DNA from: Polyangiales bacterium
GTDB taxonomy: Bacteria; Myxococcota_A; Polyangia; Polyangiales; Polyangiaceae
Assembly (NCBI GenBank): GCA_038230375.1
Contig: JBBRNJ010000079.1
Location: forward strand, 1-39,878
Direction of reading: 5' to 3'
Length of the DNA stretch: 39,878 nt
The notes below the pieces were generated by a model. That model had not been told where the DNA came from. It did no database searches and worked only from the letters and a program-made list of their open reading frames with translations. Shown here piece by piece: positions 28,871 through 36,077 of this stretch (position 1 is its first letter; each line of letters begins with the position of its first letter). A program made the position numbers and the translations under genes.

Positions 28871-30547
28871 ATGTGGCGCCCATTCCTCCGTCTTGCGCTT
28901 GTTCTGTCGGTGCTTCTGTGCGCGGTCGGCTGCGCGCGCGAGCTTCCCATCGAGCTCGTGAAGGTCGTGTCCGTCATGCCTCGCGCCGTCGAGCGCGGTG
29001 ACCGCCTGGAGATCGAGGGCAGCGGGTTCCCCCAGGGTCGTACCGCGCGCGTTGCCCTTCGCGGCACGCTGCATCGCCCCGGCGTGCCGCCGGAGTCCAC
29101 GGCCATCGTGTCCGAAGGCCTGGTCGTTGCGCCCGAGCGCATCGAGGTCGTCGTCGACGAGCGCTTCGAGGCCCTCTTCTGCGGCAGCGGCGCGGACGCG
29201 GACCACACGACGTTCACGGGCGAGCTCGAGGTGGCCTTCGCGCCGCGCTCGCCCACGGCGCCGCCCATCGGCGCGGTCCTCTTTGGCGTCACGCTGGACA
29301 TGCATCCGGCGGTCATGGATGAGCGCCGTCGCTCCGCAGAGATGGAGAGCGGCAAGCGCACGCTCGCATTCCTTGGGATCGACGCCGTCAACGCGACAGC
29401 GTCGGGCCTGGTCGTGAAGGGCGTGCACGAGGGCTCGCGCGGGGACTCGCTCGGTGTGTCCGAGGGCGACGTCATCACGTCGTTTGGAGGCCTGCGCGCG
29501 CGCGACCTGCGCGATCTGTCTGCCAGCTCCGTGAGCCCGCTCCTCCCCATGTCGTTCCTGCGCGTGTCTGGCCGCGAAGAGACGCGCGAGCTGTCTGTCG
29601 TGGGCCTCTCGTCCGCGGCGCCTCCCGCACTGTCGCTGTCGCTCACGCTGCTCTTCGCGCTCGTATGCGTCGTCGCCCTCTTCTTCCTTCCGCTGCGCCC
29701 GACGCTCGTCGCAGCAGAGGCGCGTGTGTCGCGCGAAGTCATCCGCGCGCTGGTTCCGCGCAGCACCACTCTGTGGGTGCCGCTGATCGTCGGCGCGATG
29801 GTCTTGCTCTTCGCCGGTTCGCGTGTCGCGCTGTCGGAGGAGCTGGACGTGCCGCTCGTGGTGTCCGCGATCTTCGCGCTTGCGCTGCTGGATGGCGTGG
29901 AGCGCGGCGCCGCAGCTGGCTCGCTCTTGCGCGTCACGGGAAGCGCGCTCTTGCACGCGCTCGGACCCACGCTCGCGCTCGTGGGTCTTGGCTTCGCGTC
30001 GAGCGGCATGGGTCTCCTGGATGCGTCGCGCGCGCAAGGTGGCTTGCCGTGGCACTGGGTCGCCATGAAGGCGCCGTTTGCGTTGCTGTCGGTCGCGCTC
30101 ATCGTCGTTGCACGTCTCGCGCATCCGGTGCGAAAGGTCACTGCGTTCGGCGCGCTCTCGGTCAGCCTGTCGGCAGTGGTGGTGGTGTTCCTGGCGCTCG
30201 GCGGCGGAGCCATCTCCCGCATCGAGGCGTCCGGCACGCTCACCACTGGCCTCGTCGCCGCATCGAAGACCTGGGTCCTCGCCACGTCCTTCCTTCTCCT
30301 CCCTCGCGCCGGTGCGGTGCTCTCCACGCGTTTCCACGCGCTCTTCGCCTGGAAGGCGCCGCTCTGCATGGCAGCGCTGCTGCTCGGCTGCGCCGCCATG
30401 TCGGTGCGCTTCGGCGTCGCCGTTGGCCTTCGTGAGCGTACTGCCCTCGGCCTTCTTCTCGGCCTTTCCGCGCTCGCGGCGCGTGTCTGCATCCGAAGGG
30501 CGTGGGTCTGGCGCGCACCGGAGCCGCACGCGGACCCATTCATCTAG
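28871..30547 (+). CDS. Lipoprotein: IPT/TIG-like + PDZ-like + degenerate NuoH-like membrane domain
   Basis: Signal ending AVGC; SVMPRAVERGDRLEIEGSGF; FLGI..GLVVKGVHEGS.G..LGV.EGDVI; LLDASRAQGGLPWHW, SAVVVVFLALGG, SKTW, FAWK. Confidence 0.7.
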   Translation: MWRPFLRLALVLSVLLCAVGCARELPIELVKVVSVMPRAVERGDRLEIEGSGFPQGRTARVALRGTLHRPGVPPESTAIVSEGLVVAPERIEVVVDERFEALFCGSGADADHTTFTGELEVAFAPRSPTAPPIGAVLFGVTLDMHPAVMDERRRSAEMESGKRTLAFLGIDAVNATASGLVVKGVHEGSRGDSLGVSEGDVITSFGGLRARDLRDLSASSVSPLLPMSFLRVSGREETRELSVVGLSSAAPPALSLSLTLLFALVCVVALFFLPLRPTLVAAEARVSREVIRALVPRSTTLWVPLIVGAMVLLFAGSRVALSEELDVPLVVSAIFALALLDGVERGAAAGSLLRVTGSALLHALGPTLALVGLGFASSGMGLLDASRAQGGLPWHWVAMKAPFALLSVALIVVARLAHPVRKVTAFGALSVSLSAVVVVFLALGGGAISRIEASGTLTTGLVAASKTWVLATSFLLLPRAGAVLSTRFHALFAWKAPLCMAALLLGCAAMSVRFGVAVGLRERTALGLLLGLSALAARVCIRRAWVWRAPEPHADPFI

Positions 30548-30574
30548 GGTTACGTGCTAGAAGGGCGGGCGCGC

Positions 30575-33500
30575 ATGTCCTTCTACGTCTCCTACGTCGT
30601 CGCGCTGGTCGTGCTCGTCCCACTCGCTTCGGTTGTGGTCCTCGCGTTCGACGCTCTGTCGCGCGCCAGCGCCGCGCAGAACGCCGCCACATCCGGCGCC
30701 AAGCCGAAGCCGCAGGCAGCCGCGAAGACGGCAACTCTCAGCGAGCGCGCAGTTGTCGTGGGTACGGGCGGCTCCGCCGTGGCCGCGCTCTTCGCCACGT
30801 TTCGCCTCGTCGCAGAGGGCAAGAGCCTCGGCATCGTCCAGCTGCTTCGCTGCGTGCGCGTTGGCATGACGGACGTCTCGCTCGTCCTCTCCATCGACGT
30901 GATGCGCGGCATCCTCGCCACCGTCGCCGCCGGCATCGCAACGTGGGCCGCGGTGCTCCTTGCGCGGCGCACGGACGCGCGGTCGCACGTCGCGCTCCTG
31001 GTCTCGCTCTTCGGCGCGGAGCTCGCGCTCCTCTCCGACTCCGCGCTCGGCACGGTCGTAGGTGTCCTGGTGCTCGGCGTGGGTGGCGCGCTTGCCGTGA
31101 CAGCGCGGCCGGTTCGCTTGCTCATGCTTGCATCGGCGTGCGCTGTCTTCGTGCTCCTGGGCCATGCGTACCTGTCGTGGGGCGCGGGCGGCACCTGGCT
31201 CGACGGTGACTACACGCCAGAGCTCTATCCGCGCTTCTCCACTGCGAAGAAGACGGCGCCCATCACCGAAGAGGGCTTGCAGAAGCGCGAGAAGGGCGCC
31301 GACCCAAAGCGCATGGCTGCGGTCTCCATGGCCACCATGGGTGGCGCGTTCCTCTACCTGGATGACTCCCGCACGCCGTGGGAGGTGGACAAGCGCATCA
31401 TCCATCCGCCGTTCTTCGAGCAGCCGATCGCATCGGGCATGCACTCGTTCCGCATCCACGGTGCAGCTGGCACGGACGACCACGTCCTCGCGCACATCAA
31501 CGTGGAGCCCGGACAGAACCTCACCATCGTTCCCGTAGGTCCGTCGCTCAGCCCGCGTGAGCTCCGGGACCAGCTGAGCGTCCTCGCCGCGCCCACCGAA
31601 GATCTGCCGCTCCCCACGCCCGACACGCTCGGCGCCACGAAGGTGCTCTCCATGCGCGCGGTCACCCTTGGTGAGCTCGCTATCCTCCTCGGCGCTGCTG
31701 CGCTCGCATTCGGCTCGCTCGCGTGGGGCCGTCGCGTGCCCACGCCGCAGGATCGCGCGCAGGCGCTGCTCGCGCTGGCCGTCGCGGCCTCGCTCTCCTA
31801 TCGCGTGGATTTCCTGGGCGCGATCCCCACGGCCGTCTGGCTCTTCGTGCTCGCCGCGGCCGCTGCACTCGGCTTCTTCGCGTCGCGCGCAGCCAGAGAT
31901 CCGCTCGCGCCGGTCGCCGCGCAGATGTCTCGCGTCGCGGACATGGTCCACACATTCGACGCGCGCGTGCTCGACACACCGTTCCGTCTGGCTTCGTTCG
32001 CGCGCCGCGCCTCCGTCGTCATCGCCGTGCTCTTCGTGACGTTCTTCTCGTCGCGCGCGCTGGCCGCCGGTGCAGATGCCGCGCCGTCCGCCGGCCCCGC
32101 GGGTCGCGTCTCGCTCACGGTCAATGGCGCAGCTGGTCCACTGGTCCTCACGCAGAAGGGCAGCGAGCTCCAGGGCGAGATCCTGATCGAGAACCGCGGC
32201 GACGCCACGCTCTCCATCCTTCGCGTCGCGATCCGCACGGACGTGCACGACGTGCGGGCGCCTCCGGCCCTCAACGCCCGCACGGAGTCTCCGCTTCCCA
32301 CGGCGCTCAAGCCCGGCGGCAAGCTGAAGATGAACGTCACGCTCTCCCACAACACCCACGTGGAAGAGGTCTTCGCACACGTCGTCGTCACCACCTCGGA
32401 CGAGTCCGCGGGCGAGGTGGCCATGGGCATCATCGGCCACACGCAGTCGCGTGCGATCGCGCCGCTCGGCGAAAACGGCCTCCGCATGGTGCTCGCCGCA
32501 CTCGCGGGCGGTGCCGTGCTGGTCCTTCTGCTCTCGTTCATCGGGGTGGATTGGTCGGGGCGCGCGGCTGCGGCTGTGGCGCTGTTCGCGCTGGTGCTCG
32601 TGGGTCTGATCGTCTCCCGCTTCGAGCCCGCGATCTCACGCCTGGATGGAAACGAGGGGCTCTCCTTCATAGAGCGCGTGCCGCTCCTGCCTTCACTCGG
32701 GGCGGAGCTCTACCTGGGCGCGGACGGCCTCTCGCTGGTGCTTGCGATCGGCGTGCTCGCAGGCGCGGTGCTCGTGTCGCTGCTGGGCGACGCGGAGAAG
32801 GCGCCGCCGTTGGAGCGGCCGCTCTACCTCCTGGCCACTGCTGCGGCGCTGGGCGCGTTCTTCTCGCACGACCTGTTCGTGTTCACCGTGCTCGCCATCA
32901 TGTCATGCGTGCTGTCGTCCCTTGCGGTCCGTGCCTCTGCGCGCGTCGCCGGTACGGGCCTCGCGTTCGGCAAGATGCGTGCGCTCACGCTGGTCGCGTC
33001 GGTGGCGCTGCTGCTTGGCACATTCGCGCTCGCCGGCGCGTCGGAGCCCAGCTTCAACATGGTCGGTGACCGCGTCGCGCACACGTTCTCCATCCCGGAG
33101 CTTTCTCGTGTGGCCTTCGCGCAGAGCAAGGACACGTTCCTGGGCGCGCCGCTCGTGAAGTCCGCATACGTGGTGCTCGTGCTCGCCTTTGCGGCGCTGG
33201 CTGGTATTCCACCGTTCCACTCCTTCACCATTGACGTGCTCGGCGAGTCGCACCGGCCCGCAGGTTCGTTCGCCGTGGCGCTCACGCGCGTGGTGGGTCT
33301 CTACGGTCTCTGTCACGTGGTGCTTCCTGTGCTCCCGGAGTCGTGTCGCTGGGCAAGCGGCGGCGTCGCGCTCTGGGCCGTGCTCGCCTACGGATACGCG
33401 GCCATCTGCGCGTTCGCGGAGCGCCGTCACGGGCGCAGGCTCGCGTACCTGCTGTCTGCATTGTCCGCGTTCGCGCTGCTTGGCTTCGCTTCCGTGACGC

Positions 33501-33994
33501 CACAGGGGATCGTTGCGATCCTGTTCGTGTCGATCGCGCTCCTCGTGGGCTCGCTCTGCGCGGCCTCGCTGCCCGGGTTCGGCCTTGCGCTGGAAGGGGA
33601 GGGCGGCATCACGGAACTCGATGCACGCGGACGCGGCGCGCTCCTGCTGTCGCTCGCGGTGGCGGCGGGTCTGCCGCTCACACCGGGCTTCTTCGGCATG
33701 TTCTCGGCCACGCTCGGCGCCTCTGCGCGGCACCCCGGGGCGGTGCTGCTTCTCGTCGTGGGCGCGGCGTTTTCCCTGGGCGCCGTGGCCAAGGTCGTTC
33801 CGCAGGTGCTCGGCAAGGCGGGACCAGGGCGTGCGGTCGGCAGCATGCAGTCGTGGGCCATGTTCGGTCTCGTGGCGTCGAGTGTCTTGCTCGGCGTCTT
33901 CCCGGCCACGGCGCTGGACTTCTCGGCCTCCTCCATCCGCGATCGCATCGCTCCTGCGGACCCGCCCGGCACGGCGGAAGTGGCCTCGCGCTAG
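30575..33994 (+). CDS. Fusion: truncated NuoL-like region with soluble insert + Ig-like domain + degenerate NuoM-like domain
   Basis: RVG.TDVSLVLSID, LLSD, FDARVLD (NuoL-like); GEILIENRGDATLSI..LKPG..VTTSD (Ig-like); FIERVP..PSLG.ELYLGADGLSL, PPFH, GLYG..LPVLPE, RRLAY, GLP.TPGF.G (NuoM-like). Confidence 0.75.
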   Translation: MSFYVSYVVALVVLVPLASVVVLAFDALSRASAAQNAATSGAKPKPQAAAKTATLSERAVVVGTGGSAVAALFATFRLVAEGKSLGIVQLLRCVRVGMTDVSLVLSIDVMRGILATVAAGIATWAAVLLARRTDARSHVALLVSLFGAELALLSDSALGTVVGVLVLGVGGALAVTARPVRLLMLASACAVFVLLGHAYLSWGAGGTWLDGDYTPELYPRFSTAKKTAPITEEGLQKREKGADPKRMAAVSMATMGGAFLYLDDSRTPWEVDKRIIHPPFFEQPIASGMHSFRIHGAAGTDDHVLAHINVEPGQNLTIVPVGPSLSPRELRDQLSVLAAPTEDLPLPTPDTLGATKVLSMRAVTLGELAILLGAAALAFGSLAWGRRVPTPQDRAQALLALAVAASLSYRVDFLGAIPTAVWLFVLAAAAALGFFASRAARDPLAPVAAQMSRVADMVHTFDARVLDTPFRLASFARRASVVIAVLFVTFFSSRALAAGADAAPSAGPAGRVSLTVNGAAGPLVLTQKGSELQGEILIENRGDATLSILRVAIRTDVHDVRAPPALNARTESPLPTALKPGGKLKMNVTLSHNTHVEEVFAHVVVTTSDESAGEVAMGIIGHTQSRAIAPLGENGLRMVLAALAGGAVLVLLLSFIGVDWSGRAAAAVALFALVLVGLIVSRFEPAISRLDGNEGLSFIERVPLLPSLGAELYLGADGLSLVLAIGVLAGAVLVSLLGDAEKAPPLERPLYLLATAAALGAFFSHDLFVFTVLAIMSCVLSSLAVRASARVAGTGLAFGKMRALTLVASVALLLGTFALAGASEPSFNMVGDRVAHTFSIPELSRVAFAQSKDTFLGAPLVKSAYVVLVLAFAALAGIPPFHSFTIDVLGESHRPAGSFAVALTRVVGLYGLCHVVLPVLPESCRWASGGVALWAVLAYGYAAICAFAERRHGRRLAYLLSALSAFALLGFASVTPQGIVAILFVSIALLVGSLCAASLPGFGLALEGEGGITELDARGRGALLLSLAVAAGLPLTPGFFGMFSATLGASARHPGAVLLLVVGAAFSLGAVAKVVPQVLGKAGPGRAVGSMQSWAMFGLVASSVLLGVFPATALDFSASSIRDRIAPADPPGTAEVASR

Positions 33995-34075
33995 CTCGTC
34001 GTACGCAGGGATTTCGCTGCTCGCGCCTCAAGCTCGCGCGGCTCGTGCCGTCCAGAGGTACGAGAGGTGTGAGCA

Positions 34076-34864
34076 ATGGCTTCGCAGAGACCGTCGGACT
34101 ACCAGGAAGGGCTCGTTCTCGTCGTCGATGACGACGTGAAGTGGAGGGAGTCCGTTGCCCTCACGCTGAAGCGCCTCGGCTGTACCGCGGTCGAGGCAGA
34201 GACGGTGGACGAGGCGATCCTCTCCGCAAAGACGCTCCGTCCCGCAGCTATCATCACGGACGTCGCGATGATGGGCAACGAAGGATGGATGCTCCTTCGC
34301 GTCCTCAGCGCTGACCCGCTCACGCACACGATCCCGGTGATCGTCACGACCGCGTTGCCAGAGGTGATGGACATCCTGGCCGCAGGCGCGCAGGCAGTGC
34401 TCTCGAAGCCAGTGCCCGATGACGAGCTCGCGGGCGCGCTGAAGCGCGTGGGCGCGTGCAACCACCGGTTCGTGGTTGCGGTGGACGAGGACCCGAAGAC
34501 GCTCGACATGTACGAGCGCATGCTCGCCCCTCAGGGCTATCACGTGGTGCGCTGCTCCTCCGCGAAGCGCATGGAAGCGGTCGTCGAGAACACGGAGCCC
34601 GATCTGGTCCTCGTGAACTGGATGACGCTGCTCTCCTCCGGTCGCGAGATCGAGCGCACGGATATACCCGTCGTCGGCGTTGCACCTCACCCGCTCTCGC
34701 CACGCGTGCGCGCGGAGCTGCGGCAGAAGCTGACGATCAGCCTGATCCCGGGCGACGGCACACGTCCGTCGTTCCGCGTGCATCTCGGCGCTGCGCTGCG
34801 CGCGGCCACGTTGACAGAGAGACCACCCTCCAGGCGAGAGCCGCACGACACCCTGCCGCCGTAG
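34076..34864 (+). CDS. Tandem receiver-domain protein (REC + pseudo-REC)
   Basis: VLVVDDD..IITDVAM..IPVIVTT..SKPV; second VAVDED..PDLVLVNW; SD GAGGTG. Confidence 0.85.
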   Translation: MASQRPSDYQEGLVLVVDDDVKWRESVALTLKRLGCTAVEAETVDEAILSAKTLRPAAIITDVAMMGNEGWMLLRVLSADPLTHTIPVIVTTALPEVMDILAAGAQAVLSKPVPDDELAGALKRVGACNHRFVVAVDEDPKTLDMYERMLAPQGYHVVRCSSAKRMEAVVENTEPDLVLVNWMTLLSSGREIERTDIPVVGVAPHPLSPRVRAELRQKLTISLIPGDGTRPSFRVHLGAALRAATLTERPPSRREPHDTLPP

Positions 34865-34888
34865 TCGGGTGGGTCAGGCTTTTGCGGC

Positions 34889-35227
34889 CTAGTTCGGCTT
34901 GGAGCTCGACGCGGGGGCGGACTTGTCGCCAAAGATCTGGGTCCAGTGCTCGCGATATCTGTCCGTTGCGACCTGCGCCGGCCGCGCGTGCCCTTGCTTT
35001 GGATGCTCTCGTGGATCATGCAGGACCTCCACGTCGCAGAGCGCGGGCGAGTCTTCGCGCGGCGTGAGGCGAACGAGCTCGCCGTGAAGCGGCTGACCGT
35101 CCGCAACGGGTCGCACCTCACCCGCCTCCACGCGATCCTCGCGGGCCCGAAGCACGCGAAGGCCCTTGCCGTCGTCCGTTGGCGCGAACGGGAGGACTAC
35201 GTCCTTCGGGGCCTTGGAGTCGGGCAT
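34889..35227 (-). CDS. Small hypothetical protein
   Basis: GC3-biased 112-aa ORF; TATACT 7 nt before the ATG. Confidence 0.7.
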   Translation of the reverse strand: MPDSKAPKDVVLPFAPTDDGKGLRVLRAREDRVEAGEVRPVADGQPLHGELVRLTPREDSPALCDVEVLHDPREHPKQGHARPAQVATDRYREHWTQIFGDKSAPASSSKPN

Positions 35228-35245
35228 TCACCACAGTATAGCCCG

Positions 35246-35305
35246 GTCGAGGTCGAGGTCGAGGTCGAGGTCGAGGTCGAAGTTCAGGTCGATGTTCGGG
35301 TCGAG
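35246..35305. repeat. Hexanucleotide array, 10 units (GTCGAG and variants)
   Basis: GTCGAG x5, GTCGAA, GTTCAG, GTCGAT, GTTCGG, GTCGAG. Confidence 0.92.
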
Positions 35306-35306
35306 G

Positions 35307-35880
35307 TGCGTGCTTCGGGAGTGTCTTCGCAAAACCGTTCGCCCATCGCTCTGGCTTGAATGCCAGCGGCTCCGGGAACCAGCGCGCGTCGCGATGCACC
35401 ACCCACTGGGCCACCCAGAGCTGCGTGCCCACCGGGATCGGATACCCGCCGATCTCGCACGGCGTTGTCGCCTCGCGCCCGATCGCCCACGCGGCAGGAT
35501 AGAGGCGCATGGACTCGCGGATGACGGCATCCGCGTACGGGAGCTTCGGCAGGTCCGCGGCCGTCGCGGGGCGATCGCCCAGGACCTGATCGATCTCGCA
35601 CGCGAGCTTCACCGCGAACTCCGGGTGGCCCGCAAGGAGGTGCAGCGCGTAGCCCAGGGTCAACGCCGTGGTCTCGTGACCTGCGGCGAGCAACGTCATC
35701 GCCTCGTCGCGGGAAGCGCATCGCATCGCCATACTCGGCGGACACGCGGTCCAGAAAACGCAGCGGATCGCGCGCCAGATCGATCGCGCTGCCAAGGAAG
35801 GGCCACTCCCGCACGCGCGGCGGCGACTTCACCACGCGGACCGCGATCTGGTCACTGTTTTCGGGACGTACGTCTTGCAT
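35307..35880 (-). pseudogene. Cytochrome P450 remnant with out-of-frame internal deletion and missing haem-binding C-terminus
   Basis: PP..WPFLGS..DPLRFL..YGD in one frame joins near 35712 to RDEAMTLLAAGHETT, ESMR (ExxR), FKPERW in another; similarity stops at LPKHA with no FxxGxxxCxG. Confidence 0.9.
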
Positions 35881-36077
35881 CGCTGGTCTCCTCTCGGGCG
35901 CCTTCACGCGTCGATACAGACGTGTGAGCATGCGCGCTATTCCCGTGGCCCGCGGGTGATTTCGCAGCGGGTTGAGTCGTCCAGGTCGATACCCACCTAC
36001 ACACGTCCACTGTTCGCGTGATCATCATCCCGCAGGGGTGATATCCGGCGATCGGTACATGCTGCTAGCTTCGAGTC

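Noticed and set aside
28871..33994. Annotation as functional nuoH/nuoL/nuoM or an Mrp antiporter
   Set aside because: Key charged residues appear absent, the NuoL part is truncated and partner subunits are missing, so gene symbols were withheld.
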